Assembly: GCA_039024555.1 (NCBI GenBank)
Contig: JBCCQQ010000001.1
Coordinates: 224,001-288,000 of the forward strand
Reading direction: 5' to 3'
Origin: Cyanobacteria bacterium P01_D01_bin.156
GTDB taxonomy: Bacteria; Cyanobacteriota; Cyanobacteriia; Phormidesmidales; Phormidesmidaceae
Length of the DNA: 64,000 bases
The notes under the pieces are model-generated. The model was not told the DNA's origin and ran no database searches. It saw nothing but the letters and a program-made list of their open reading frames with translations. This document shows, one piece after another, positions 31,449 to 42,697 of the stretch. Made by a program: the position numbers and the translations under genes. The first letter of the stretch is position 1. Every line of letters starts with the position of its first letter.

Positions 31449-31829
31449 GTGGCACGTATTGCAGGCGTTGACCTACCCAGGGATAAGCGCATTGAGATTG
31501 GTTTGACCTACATATATGGTATTGGGTTAAGTCGATCAAAAGAGATTTTGGCAAAGACTGGGGTCAATGCCGACCTTCGCGTCAAAGATTTGGCTGATAG
31601 TGACGTTGCCAAATTACGTGAGGTGGTTGAGAACGATTACCAAATCGAAGGTGATCTGAGACGTTGGGAAAGTATGAATATTAAGCGACTGATGGATATC
31701 GGTTGCTATCGGGGGCGTCGACATCGGGTAGGCTTACCTGTCCGTGGTCAGCGTACTCGAACCAATGCGCGTACGCGACGTGGGAAGCGTTTAGCCATTG
31801 CTGGCAAGAAAAAGCCCGGCAAGAAGTAA
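31449..31829 (+). CDS. rpsM: 30S ribosomal protein S13
   Basis: [22 protein letters not shown]. Confidence 0.98.
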   Translation: MARIAGVDLPRDKRIEIGLTYIYGIGLSRSKEILAKTGVNADLRVKDLADSDVAKLREVVENDYQIEGDLRRWESMNIKRLMDIGCYRGRRHRVGLPVRGQRTRTNARTRRGKRLAIAGKKKPGKK

Positions 31830-32000
31830 AACTGCTTAGTCGCAAACCTTAGTTAAGTTTTTAATTTGACTTACTAGTTGGAATGTGGATGCTACAACAG
31901 GGCAGTCAACAGCAGATTATGAGAGTGGTAAGCAGATATTAATAGGCTCATCACTGTTAGTTAGAGTTTTGAGAGTTAACGTTTTCGGAAGACACGAACT

Positions 32001-32393
32001 ATGGCAAAAGGCGTCAAACGCTCGGGTGGGCGAAAGACCAAAAAAAATATCCCGAATGGTGTTGTCCACATTCAATCGACATTCAATAACACGATTGTCA
32101 CCATCACCGACACCAAAGGTGATGCCGTTTCCTGGGCTTCAGCTGGCTCCAGTGGTTTTAAGGGAGCCAAAAAGGGCACTCCTTTTGCTGCTCAGACTGC
32201 CGCCGATAGTGCTGCTCGTCGGGCAATGGATCAAGGCATGCGTCAGGTCGAAGTGATGGTGAGTGGCCCCGGCGCTGGTCGTGAAACGGCCATTCGTGCT
32301 CTTCAAGGTGCTGGGTTGGAAATCACGCTGATTCGTGATGTTACCCCTATTCCCCACAATGGTTGTCGCCCACCAAAGCGTCGTCGCGTCTAG
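32001..32393 (+). CDS. rpsK: 30S ribosomal protein S11
   Basis: [22 protein letters not shown]. Confidence 0.98.
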   Translation: MAKGVKRSGGRKTKKNIPNGVVHIQSTFNNTIVTITDTKGDAVSWASAGSSGFKGAKKGTPFAAQTAADSAARRAMDQGMRQVEVMVSGPGAGRETAIRALQGAGLEITLIRDVTPIPHNGCRPPKRRRV

Positions 32394-32475
32394 ATCATTC
32401 ATATTTAGGCTTATTGAAGCTTGTTAGCTAACAAATTCGCCGTTAGGCCATAGCGATATAAGAGAGGTTACTGCA

Positions 32476-33423
32476 GTGGGACAGTTCCAAGTTGAATGTG
32501 TGGAATCAATTGTTGAAGATGATCAGAGCCAATTTAGTCGGTTTGTGATCGAGCCCCTTGAGCGCAGTCAAGGTATTACAGTTGGTAATGCTTTACGTAG
32601 AGTACTGCTGTCCAACCTAGAAGGAGCAGCTATTACTGCTGTGCGTATGGCAGGAGCAAATCATGAGTTTGCAACAATTCCAGGTGTCCGGGAGGATGTT
32701 TTAGACATTATCCTCAATCTGAAAGAGGTCGTTCTAAAGACTTATACCAACCAGCCGCAAATTGGTCGCTTAGCTGTACAAGGCCCAGCAACTGTAACAG
32801 CTGCACATTTCGAACTACCCGCTGAAGTTGAGCTCATCAATCCAGATCACTACGTGGCATCCGTTGCCCAAGGGCACACCCTTGAAATGGAATTTCGGGT
32901 AGAGAATGGGCACGGATACCGAGCGGTTAGTAATAATCGCGATGAAGCAACTGCATTAGATTTTATGCAGATTGACGCCATTTTTATGCCTGTTCGAAAG
33001 GTTAACTATTCTGTGGAGGAAACGATTGTTGGTGCCGATCAGCCCAAGGATCGTCTCATCATGGAAGTTACGACCAACGGCAGTTTGACTCCTCAGCAGG
33101 CCATGAGTCAGGCAGCTGATGTTTTAGTGGATTTATTTAATCCACTAAAAGATGTGACGCTTGAGCCTAAGCGTGATGAAGATGTTAAGGAAGAAGATAC
33201 AACGTATCAGATTCCGATTGAAGAACTACAGTTGTCCGTCCGTGCTTACAACTGTCTAAAAAGAGCTCAAATCAACTCTGTTTCTGACTTACTTGACTAC
33301 AGTCAAGAGGATCTATTAGAGATTAAAAACTTCGGACAAAAGTCTGCAGAGGAAGTTGTGGAAGCTTTACACTATCGGCTAGGAATTACCTTGCCCTTAG
33401 AGAAACCAGCTAAGTCTTCCTAA
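32476..33423 (+). CDS. rpoA: RNA polymerase alpha subunit
   Basis: TVGNALRRVLLS, LSVRAYNCLK, NFGQKS. Confidence 0.98.
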   Translation: MGQFQVECVESIVEDDQSQFSRFVIEPLERSQGITVGNALRRVLLSNLEGAAITAVRMAGANHEFATIPGVREDVLDIILNLKEVVLKTYTNQPQIGRLAVQGPATVTAAHFELPAEVELINPDHYVASVAQGHTLEMEFRVENGHGYRAVSNNRDEATALDFMQIDAIFMPVRKVNYSVEETIVGADQPKDRLIMEVTTNGSLTPQQAMSQAADVLVDLFNPLKDVTLEPKRDEDVKEEDTTYQIPIEELQLSVRAYNCLKRAQINSVSDLLDYSQEDLLEIKNFGQKSAEEVVEALHYRLGITLPLEKPAKSS

Positions 33424-33460
33424 ACGTATATCAGGGCTTGAATTTGTTCAGGCCATTTTT

Positions 33461-33486
33461 CCGGAGCCCCTAGGCTTCGGTTTTTT
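33461..33486 (+). terminator. intrinsic terminator-like hairpin between rpoA and rplQ
   Basis: ccggagcc-ccta-ggcttcgg followed by T6. Confidence 0.55.
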
Positions 33487-33573
33487 AATGTTAACGTTGT
33501 TGGTCTTTCAAGACTTTTTATCTGAGTCGTTAACCAGCACCCCTTTTTGTCTAGCGCTAGCGGAGGAAACAAA

Positions 33574-33924
33574 ATGCGTCATCGTTGTCGTACCCCCCAT
33601 TTAGGTAAACCTGCTGATCAGCGTCGTGCTCTTTTGCGATCGCTAACTACTGAGTTAATTCGCCACGGTCGAATTAAAACTACACTCACCCGCGCCAAAG
33701 CCGTTCGGTCTGAAGCGGAACGAATGATTTCCCTGGCGAAAGAAGGCTCATTAGCAGCTCGCCGTCGGGCTATGGGCTACATGTATGACAAAGATCTTGT
33801 CCATGCATTGTTCGAACAAGCGCCCTCCCGCTATGCCAAGAGGCAGGGAGGATATACCCGTATCGTACGGACCATTAGCCGTCGCGGTGATAATTCTGTC
33901 ATGGCTATCATTGAGCTCACTTAA
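33574..33924 (+). CDS. rplQ: 50S ribosomal protein L17
   Basis: MRHRCR, GGYTRI, RRGD; GGAGG upstream. Confidence 0.97.
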   Translation: MRHRCRTPHLGKPADQRRALLRSLTTELIRHGRIKTTLTRAKAVRSEAERMISLAKEGSLAARRRAMGYMYDKDLVHALFEQAPSRYAKRQGGYTRIVRTISRRGDNSVMAIIELT

Positions 33925-33933
33925 GTTCCCTCG

Positions 33934-34812
33934 ATGACTAATCATACGCTTGCTAAACAGCTTGAAGCTGTTCCTAAAGATGCTCAAGGCACCCATCGGG
34001 TAGCCATTGTTGTTCAATATCAAGGAACCCATTTTTACGGTTGGCAGCGTCAGCCCGAAAAGCGTACGGTACAAGGAGAGATTGAAAATGCCATAGAAGC
34101 GTTACTGGAATATAAGGTAACGATCCATGGTGCGGGCAGAACAGACACAGGTGTTCATGCAGCTGCGCAGGTTGCACACTTTGATGCTCCTAAGGTAATT
34201 CCTGCCTATCGTTGGGCAGCTATTCTCAATCATCGTTTGAGTGAGGATATCGTAATTCGAGCTTCTGCTCACGTACCAGATGACTGGCATGCCCAGTATT
34301 CTGCCCAATGGAGACGGTATCGATACACCATTTATACCGATGCCTATCCCAATCTTTTCATTCGCCCCTATGCATGGCACTTTTACCATGAACCTTTGGA
34401 CGAGCGGTTAATGCAGTCAGCATTAACTCCAATGGTGGGGTATCATAATCTAGCTGCGTTTCACCGTGCGGGTTCTAGCCGTTCCCATTCTTGGGTTGAG
34501 TTGCAAGTGGCTAAGTGCTTGCGCAGTGGACCATTTGTTCAAGTTGAGCTGCAGGCTGCTGGTTTTTTATACGGCATGGTACGACTGGTAATGGGCTTAC
34601 TCGTAATGGTAGGTCGAGGTCGTGTAGCTCCTAATGCCTTTACGGACCTTTGGCAATCACAACGTCGTGACTTGGTAAAGCATGCTGCTCCCGCTCGCGG
34701 TCTCTGTCTATTGCGAGTAGGTTATGAACATTTTCCTTTTGCACTGGACGCTTGGTTTGATACCCAACCCAAGATAATGTTGCATTCCTGTGTAGAGGAC
34801 ATAGCTATATAA
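33934..34812 (+). CDS. truA: tRNA pseudouridine(38-40) synthase
   Basis: YQGTHFYGWQRQ, GAGRTDTGVHA, FLYGMVR. Confidence 0.96.
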   Translation: MTNHTLAKQLEAVPKDAQGTHRVAIVVQYQGTHFYGWQRQPEKRTVQGEIENAIEALLEYKVTIHGAGRTDTGVHAAAQVAHFDAPKVIPAYRWAAILNHRLSEDIVIRASAHVPDDWHAQYSAQWRRYRYTIYTDAYPNLFIRPYAWHFYHEPLDERLMQSALTPMVGYHNLAAFHRAGSSRSHSWVELQVAKCLRSGPFVQVELQAAGFLYGMVRLVMGLLVMVGRGRVAPNAFTDLWQSQRRDLVKHAAPARGLCLLRVGYEHFPFALDAWFDTQPKIMLHSCVEDIAI

Positions 34813-34899
34813 GTCGCTATAAGCATTTGTGAGATATTCCCCTAGCAATTTTGCCAAGCGGTCGCCTTTTCTCCAGTTCGTTGATATCAAAGCCTAAGC

Positions 34900-35331
34900 A
34901 TGTTTAAGACTCCTATTCCAACAATTCAAGAAATCGAGAAAAAGTGGTATGTCGTAGATGCCACTGATAAGCGCCTGGGTCGCTTGGCAACTGAAATTGC
35001 CAGTGTTTTACGAGGAAAAAACAAGCCTACATTTACTCCCAACATGGACACGGGAGACTTTGTGATTGTGGTCAACGCCGAAAAGGTGACCGTTACCGGT
35101 AGAAAACCGGAACAAAAACTGTATCGTCGTCATTCAGGGCGTCCCGGTGGGATGAAAGTTGAGACATTTAATCAGTTGCAGAATAGAATCCCCGAACGCA
35201 TTATTGAGAAGGCTGTGAAGGGAATGCTGCCCAAAAATGCTTTGGGCCGAAAATTGTTTACGAATTTGAAAGTTTATGCAGGCCCTGAGCATCCCCATCA
35301 AGCTCAGCAACCCGAAACTATCAATCTTTAG
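34900..35331 (+). CDS. rplM: 50S ribosomal protein L13
   Basis: [24 protein letters not shown]. Confidence 0.98.
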   Translation: MFKTPIPTIQEIEKKWYVVDATDKRLGRLATEIASVLRGKNKPTFTPNMDTGDFVIVVNAEKVTVTGRKPEQKLYRRHSGRPGGMKVETFNQLQNRIPERIIEKAVKGMLPKNALGRKLFTNLKVYAGPEHPHQAQQPETINL

Positions 35332-35373
35332 ACTTAAGCATTGTTAAAAAGCTTTGAAGGAGAGTAAGTTCAA

Positions 35374-35784
35374 ATGTCAGAAGGTCAATCAGATCGCGTT
35401 GTTTATTGGGGAACAGGTCGTCGTAAATCAGCGATCGCACGTGTTCGCTTAGTACCTGGAGAAGGCAAGCTTGTAGTGAATGGCAAACCTGGTGAGGTTC
35501 ATTTACAGAATAACGCAGCTTACTTGTCAGCAACAAAGGCGCCGCTTGAGACCCTAGGTCTAGAGACTGATTACGATATTTTGGTTAACGTGCGTGGTGG
35601 CGGTCTAACAGGTCAGGCCGATGCCATTAAGCTAGGTGTAGCCCGTGCCCTTTGTGAACTAGATCCTGCTAATCGTTCTCCTCTCAAGATAGAGGGGTAC
35701 CTCACTCGCGATCCTCGTTGTAAGGAACGTAAGAAGTACGGTTTGAAGAAAGCCCGTAAAGCCTCTCAGTTCTCTAAGCGTTAA
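35374..35784 (+). CDS. rpsI: 30S ribosomal protein S9
   Basis: [24 protein letters not shown]. Confidence 0.98.
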   Translation: MSEGQSDRVVYWGTGRRKSAIARVRLVPGEGKLVVNGKPGEVHLQNNAAYLSATKAPLETLGLETDYDILVNVRGGGLTGQADAIKLGVARALCELDPANRSPLKIEGYLTRDPRCKERKKYGLKKARKASQFSKR

Positions 35785-35826
35785 GCTTACTGCCCATTTT
35801 TATTTTTCACTACCCGGATACGACAA

Positions 35827-36066
35827 ATGCCAAAAGCTGATATTCATCCCGAGTGGTATCCCGAAGCTAAGGTTTACTGCGACGGCAAACTAGTTATGAC
35901 TGTGGGTTCTACAAAACCCGAATTGCACGTGGATGTCTGGTCCGGCAACCATCCTTTTTATACCGGTACTCAGAAAATCATCGACACAGAGGGTCGTGTA
36001 GAACGGTTCTTGCGGAAATATGGAATGGCTGACGACAGCAACAAAGACACCGACAAAGCTGAATAG
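35827..36066 (+). CDS. rpmE: 50S ribosomal protein L31
   Basis: DIHPEWY, HPFYTGTQ, GRVERF. Confidence 0.97.
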   Translation: MPKADIHPEWYPEAKVYCDGKLVMTVGSTKPELHVDVWSGNHPFYTGTQKIIDTEGRVERFLRKYGMADDSNKDTDKAE

Positions 36067-36085
36067 CTGTCAATGCATCGTTTAA

Positions 36086-36120
36086 ATCCGAGGGGTTAAT
36101 CTATCCCTCGGATATTTTTT
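36086..36120 (+). terminator. intrinsic terminator after rpmE
   Basis: atccgaggg...ccctcggat followed by a T-run. Confidence 0.7.
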
Positions 36121-36239
36121 ATGTGCTGCATGAATTCAATATATTCATGCATGTATTGCTGCTGTCCCCCAGGGTTTAAGTTGTTTTACCCTTTGAATGG
36201 ACAGTTTCTTTCTTCGGCGTAAGCCTGCTGACACATTGA

Positions 36240-37352
<1,113 letters not shown>

Positions 37353-37404
37353 AGCTGCGGTTGCAGCATCAAAATGGAATCAGCTCAACTAGGAACTGCT
37401 GTAA

Positions 37405-38679
37405 ATGGCAAAATTTTTGCATATTGCCGATATTCATTTAGGCTTTGACCGTTACAACAGTAAAGTCCGAACCACTGACTTTTTTCACACCCTATGGAAC
37501 GTATTTGAACGGTATGCCATTGGAGAGAACGTCGATTTTGTCGTGATTGCTGGTGACTTGTTTGAACATCGGATGATTCAACCCGCTATCCTCAATCAAG
37601 CTCAGCTATGTCTGCAAACGTTACAGGCAGTAAATATTCCTGTTATTGCCATTGAAGGCAATCACGACAATTGCCCCTATGGCACAAAAACTAGCTGGTT
37701 ACGATACCTATCGGACTGGGGATTACTAAAGCTGTTGGAGCCAGGTCAGGGAGAGTCTTTCTACATGCCCTGGGATGAGGATACAAAACGGGGTGGCTAT
37801 ATCGATCTCGATTGTGGTGTCAGAGTTTTAGGGTCGAGTTGGTATGGAGCAGCGGCTCCTAAAGCCCTGGAGCAAATTGCCAACGCGATCTCTACACTCC
37901 CTCCTATTTCTGGCTCCACATTACTCCTCTTTCACCATGGTTTAGAAGGACAAATTGCTCGCTATTCCGGCGCTCTACGTTACAGTGATTTACTACCTTT
38001 AAAGGCAGCTGGCATAGACTATCTAGGATTAGGCCATATCCATAAACATTACGCTGTTGATAATTGGATATTTAATCCTGGGTCTTTAGAAGCAAACAAT
38101 GTTGAGGAAAGCACTTTTGAACGTGGCGCTCTGGTAGTCAACATTGAGAACGGTCATATAGGCACTCAACTAAAAACTGATTATCTTCAACGCCCCATCG
38201 TGCGTCTAGCGCTAAAACTAAGGGGGCAAGAAGCGTTAGAAGATATTGAAGCATTGGCATTAGAACTGGTTGACCGGGAAATTGCAAAAGCGAGTCTAGT
38301 CCCTGAAGTACAACCCATTGTGGAATTACGGATTGAAGGACAGGTAGGATTTGACCGTCTGGAACTAGATACTCGGCAATTACAAACACGATTGCAAGAG
38401 CGATGTAACGCACTTGTTTTTCTACTCAAATACGAAGTGGATATGATGGCCTATGGCAGTCCCCTAGCGGATGATGCCGACCGTCATCAAATCGAGCGTG
38501 AGATTTTTACTGATCTCTTGTCAGCTCACAATGTTTATAAAAAAAGAGCCGAACCATTAGCCACTGGTTTGATTGAACTGAAGGAACAACAGCTACTAGG
38601 CGATAGTGAAGAGACTCTCTACGATGCTGTAGAGCAGATGCTTGATCAGCGCCAAACATCTGCCAAACATTCGCGCTAA
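37405..38679 (+). CDS. sbcD: SbcD/Mre11-like DNA repair exonuclease
   Basis: HIADIHLG, AGDLF, GNHD, LGHIH, NPGS. Confidence 0.85.
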   Translation: MAKFLHIADIHLGFDRYNSKVRTTDFFHTLWNVFERYAIGENVDFVVIAGDLFEHRMIQPAILNQAQLCLQTLQAVNIPVIAIEGNHDNCPYGTKTSWLRYLSDWGLLKLLEPGQGESFYMPWDEDTKRGGYIDLDCGVRVLGSSWYGAAAPKALEQIANAISTLPPISGSTLLLFHHGLEGQIARYSGALRYSDLLPLKAAGIDYLGLGHIHKHYAVDNWIFNPGSLEANNVEESTFERGALVVNIENGHIGTQLKTDYLQRPIVRLALKLRGQEALEDIEALALELVDREIAKASLVPEVQPIVELRIEGQVGFDRLELDTRQLQTRLQERCNALVFLLKYEVDMMAYGSPLADDADRHQIEREIFTDLLSAHNVYKKRAEPLATGLIELKEQQLLGDSEETLYDAVEQMLDQRQTSAKHSR

Positions 38680-38844
38680 GATTGCGGCACTGGTTACTGT
38701 GTGTCCTAATAGCGTTGCTGCCCTCTAGTATGATTCATCTGCAGGATGTCGGTAAATTGACCCTTTTGACAGATGGCTTCATAACGTAAAGTTTAGCGAT
38801 AGCTATACCCTGAACTGGCGTTAACAACATCAGAGGATATCTGT

Positions 38845-41355
38845 ATGGGTTTAGATCGCTCTCCGGAACAGTTGATTAAGACAGGGCTGGTTGCACTGAA
38901 ACAGCAAAACTACAAGCGTGCGATCGCAACATTTCAAAAGCTGCGTCAGGATCAAACCCTCAATATCAGCTATCGTCTCAAAGCTCAGATGGGACTCATT
39001 CGTACCTATGAAGCCCAAGGCAAGATAGCTCAGGCTGAAAAACTATGCCAACCACTGCTGCAAAGCAGCAGCTCAGCAATCCGCCAGTGGGGACAAAATA
39101 AACTACAGCAGATTAGCGCTCAGGCTACAACGACAGGTGTTCAGCCCCCTAAAAATATAGATAGGGCTCCTGTGCCCGAGACTAGTGGATTCATACCACT
39201 ATCTGGACCAGCTGAAATTCCCGCTATATCAGAATCCGTAGCCAGCAATACGCATATACCTAATACTCAATATGCCGCTAACCAGGTACCAGAAGAGACG
39301 GCTACTCCTGACAATACGGCTACCCAGCGTGAAGAGAAGATACATCCACCAACCACTCAGGTATCGGAGGGGATTAACAACCTTGATGGAGAAAAGAGAA
39401 CATCATTATTTCATTATCACGCTCTAAACGACCGTAACAAAATACAGAACGAGACCTTACCCCCTGGTACAGATGCTGAGACAACAATCAACAAACGTTC
39501 TTTTATTGATTCTAAAAATCAAACACAGGAAGAGTTAGCCGCTTCAGTTGAGAGAATCACATCTAAACAAAATCGTTTACAAACAACAACAACCTCGACA
39601 TCTTATGAACAGGTATCTCAAGGTCCTGAAACATGGCCTACTGGAGAACGCTTAAAGCAAGTCAAATCTTTAGGCAAGGTAGGCACAGGTCGTTTGTGGT
39701 TTACACAATTAACAACCATAGCTTTACTTTTTTGGGTGGTGCGGTGGCTAGTGCAAACAACACTACTCATAAGTCGCAGTTACGTGGGCTTTCTGAATAA
39801 TTTATTGCCATTGCGCATTCCTTTATCACCTATTTTTTGGCAACCACACACTTGGACGGTGGTCGTGAGTTTAGGGCTACTGACCTTAGCATCTTCATGG
39901 CTGTGGCCAATTTTAATTGGCAAACACCAGACGCTACCCAGTGAAGCGCTCAAAGAATACAGTCCAGAAGCTGAGCAGCTACTTAAGCGACTTTGTGCCA
40001 AACGTCGGTGGCAACTACCGACCATGGCAATTCTTCCAACTGACATACCGCTCATCTTTTCTGGTGGATGGCGGCCTCGCTATGGTCGCTTAATGGTGAG
40101 TCAAGGCCTACTAGACTGTGTGGTTGCTGATGAGCTAGCAGCTCTCCTTATGTACGAGATGAGCCACTGGGGTCAATGGGATTGGGTATTCTTTTCAACC
40201 CATGGATTGCTAGTGCAGATATTTCATCGCGGCTACTGGTTTTTAGCGCAGTGGGGGAAATCACGACCAATTTTTCTAAAAGCATCTGCCGGTTTTCTGG
40301 CCAACCTTAGCTATGGTGTGTTCTGGCTATTACTCAAGTTAGGGTGTGGCTTATCTCGCACTCGCGTTCCCTACAGAGACCGCAGCTCTACTGAAATTAC
40401 TGGAAATCCCAATGGACTCCTGAGAGCTTTAGCTAAGCTATCCAAGGCCATGCATCAGACTGTTGAAGCCACCGGATACACTCCACCTCTATTGGAAAGT
40501 CTAGAACTCATGCTACCAGTAGGCCCAACAGAAGCAGCTTCCGTCCATGAGTTTGCCTGGGGGGCATTACATCCGCTACGCCACTGGTTTGCGATCAATA
40601 AAGGGCACCCACCGTTAGGAGATCGACTCTATACATTGGGAGCCTACAGTCGCCATTGGCGCCTCAAACCCAGTGTGAACTTTGCAAGGCTGCAACTGAA
40701 ATATGGCAAACGTTCGGTAACCAGGAAAGATTGGCAAACCTTGATACTCTGGAGCGGTCTATGGTCTGGTGCTGTCATCGGCTTGGCAACAGCTCTATGC
40801 CTTTGGATAGTAGGGGCAATCGCAACGGTGTTAGATTTTTCTTTTTTAGCTTGGCTGTATCGCGATCGCAGCATTCTCATGAGCATGCCCCTAATCGGTG
40901 CAGGTACCGTGCAACTGCTACGCGTTAATCCACTGTTTCCAGAAATCCCCTCTTCATTACCCGTAAATGAACCTACACTGACCGATGGGCAGGCAGATAT
41001 CAAACTCACACCACTCAGTAGTCTACCTATCAAAGTCAATGGCACCTTGACCGGACGCCCAGCGCTAGCAAACTGGCTCGGCCAAGAGTGGCGCCTAAAC
41101 ACTGCCTCTGGAAGCATCAAGCTTGCCTACGTAACCTACTGGGGACCTCTCAGCCATCTACGAGGCTTATCCTCAGCACTACATCAGTCTTTGCAAGTAA
41201 CTGGTTGGTTTCGTCGCGGACATCGCCCTTGGATTGATATTGAACGTTTCAACTACAAAAATAGTACGGAGCAGGCTCAACACCCCCAATGGTCGGTCAT
41301 CGTCAGTATTGGACCACTACTTGCTGGCGTTTGGTTACTCATCAGTGGTGGTTAA
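38845..41355 (+). CDS. membrane protein with TPR-like N-terminus and degenerate M48/HtpX peptidase domain
   Basis: VSQGLL...ELAALLMYEMSH...TGNPNGLLRAL...HPPLGDRL; multiple TM segments. Confidence 0.8.
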   Translation: MGLDRSPEQLIKTGLVALKQQNYKRAIATFQKLRQDQTLNISYRLKAQMGLIRTYEAQGKIAQAEKLCQPLLQSSSSAIRQWGQNKLQQISAQATTTGVQPPKNIDRAPVPETSGFIPLSGPAEIPAISESVASNTHIPNTQYAANQVPEETATPDNTATQREEKIHPPTTQVSEGINNLDGEKRTSLFHYHALNDRNKIQNETLPPGTDAETTINKRSFIDSKNQTQEELAASVERITSKQNRLQTTTTSTSYEQVSQGPETWPTGERLKQVKSLGKVGTGRLWFTQLTTIALLFWVVRWLVQTTLLISRSYVGFLNNLLPLRIPLSPIFWQPHTWTVVVSLGLLTLASSWLWPILIGKHQTLPSEALKEYSPEAEQLLKRLCAKRRWQLPTMAILPTDIPLIFSGGWRPRYGRLMVSQGLLDCVVADELAALLMYEMSHWGQWDWVFFSTHGLLVQIFHRGYWFLAQWGKSRPIFLKASAGFLANLSYGVFWLLLKLGCGLSRTRVPYRDRSSTEITGNPNGLLRALAKLSKAMHQTVEATGYTPPLLESLELMLPVGPTEAASVHEFAWGALHPLRHWFAINKGHPPLGDRLYTLGAYSRHWRLKPSVNFARLQLKYGKRSVTRKDWQTLILWSGLWSGAVIGLATALCLWIVGAIATVLDFSFLAWLYRDRSILMSMPLIGAGTVQLLRVNPLFPEIPSSLPVNEPTLTDGQADIKLTPLSSLPIKVNGTLTGRPALANWLGQEWRLNTASGSIKLAYVTYWGPLSHLRGLSSALHQSLQVTGWFRRGHRPWIDIERFNYKNSTEQAQHPQWSVIVSIGPLLAGVWLLISGG

Positions 41356-41499
41356 CACCATAGATGAACTAAAAACGAATACTCAATAACAAACACCGGA
41401 CACGGGAAGTTGCACCCAACGCCGAGCAATGTTAACTTTTATTAAAGAGTACTGATTGTCTAGCTCTTGACACACTTTTGTGATGGTCTTCTGTGGTTA

Positions 41500-41563
41500 G
41501 GCATTGGGTTCTCCTACTCTCAACACAGCAAACCAGTCACCATACCGGGGCTGGTTTTTTATT
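41500..41563 (+). ncRNA. candidate trans-acting sRNA (anti-Shine-Dalgarno seed plus terminator)
   Basis: TTGACA at 41467, then GTTCTCCTACTCTCAACAC and hairpin AAACCAGTC...GGCTGGTTT with a T-run; 5' end is a guess. Confidence 0.4.
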
Positions 41564-42124
41564 AAATATGCTTTCAGTTTTGAGTAAAGTTGCCCCAATG
41601 GATAGAGCAACAATCATTAGGAATTGTCCCAAACATCCATGTACTTTTGCTGGTTTCAGGAAGTTCTCGCATCTGCAATGGGAAACGCTCTAGCAAAGTA
41701 TGTCTTTGCACAGTCTGCTTACAATTTCCTTGATCAGCTTTACCAAAAAAACTCTTGAATAGCTTGGCTTGGTATCAGACAGCGTGATACCTTGATGTTA
41801 TAGAGATACATTCTGTTTCTTGGTTCATTTTAATGAACTACCTCTGATGTTAAAAAAGATAGGCAATTGTCTTAATGGCTACTGTCAGAGGTCATGAGGT
41901 AATTGTGTGAGCTTTCCAGATTAGGTGACTTATTTTGTCAAGTATTTCCTTGATGATTAATAATTCAGACAGTTTTTTGATGCGGTTATCACTATTGAAT
42001 TGTTTGCAGCCATAGCTTCATGTTTTCTTCTAGCCTTACTTAGTTTCCTAGGGTTAACTGGCGCTACGTTTTTAGTGTTTGTCCGATGAAATTGTTTTTT
42101 TAGATTTGTTTAAGAGGTATCTCC

Positions 42125-42568
42125 ATGTCAGTGCGCTTATATATTGGTAATCTTCCCCGTGAACTAGAGCGCGAGGAATTTGAAGCGTTTTTTTCAGAAG
42201 ACACCGACAATATTGTCTCAGTTAAGCTGATTGCTGATAGAAAGACTGGTAAGTGTCGTGGGTTTGGTTTTGTCACTGTTAAAACTGACGAGATTGCCGA
42301 TGCACTTGTAAGTAAGTACAACGGCAACGAACTGCAGGGTGCGACTCTAAAGGTTGAGAAGGCCATGCCTCGGACTAAGGAAAATGAGGCTAATGAAAGT
42401 GGTGGTTCTCAAGGCGGTCGCAATAAAGGTGGTGGTAAGCGTGGTGGTAATCGTAAACCTGCTACGTATTCTTCTCCAGAGCCTGAGAACACTCAACCCG
42501 ATCCTCGGTGGGCCTCTGACTTAGCTAAGTTGAAGGAAATGCTAGCTGCTCAGACAACAGCTTCCTAG
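42125..42568 (+). CDS. rbp3: RRM RNA-binding protein, long class II (Rbp3/RbpG-like)
   Basis: RNP2 LYIGNL, RNP1 RGFGFV, C-terminal PDPRWA..LAKLK motif. Confidence 0.85.
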   Translation: MSVRLYIGNLPRELEREEFEAFFSEDTDNIVSVKLIADRKTGKCRGFGFVTVKTDEIADALVSKYNGNELQGATLKVEKAMPRTKENEANESGGSQGGRNKGGGKRGGNRKPATYSSPEPENTQPDPRWASDLAKLKEMLAAQTTAS

Positions 42569-42621
42569 TTCATTTAGCATTTGCCCCTCGTCATTTTCCT
42601 GATAAAAATGGTGTTGAAGCG

Positions 42622-42676
42622 TCAATAACAAAATAGGGGAAGTGAAATTATTTCACTTCCCCTATTTTGTTATTGA
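42622..42676. terminator. 55-bp perfect palindrome (27-bp arms, 1-nt spacer) between convergent rbp3 and crtB
   Basis: tcaataacaaaataggggaagtgaaat-t-atttcacttcccctattttgttattga. Confidence 0.8.
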
Positions 42677-42697
42677 TGGTCCCTTAAAGAGCTATCT

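Noticed and set aside
15288..36066. Absence of rpsJ, rpsN, rpmD and rpsD from the r-protein clusters
   Set aside because: Normal for cyanobacteria: these genes are located elsewhere or absent
41493..41693. 66-aa ORF in the M48-rbp3 gap
   Set aside because: GTG start without an RBS, crosses a terminator hairpin, no motif
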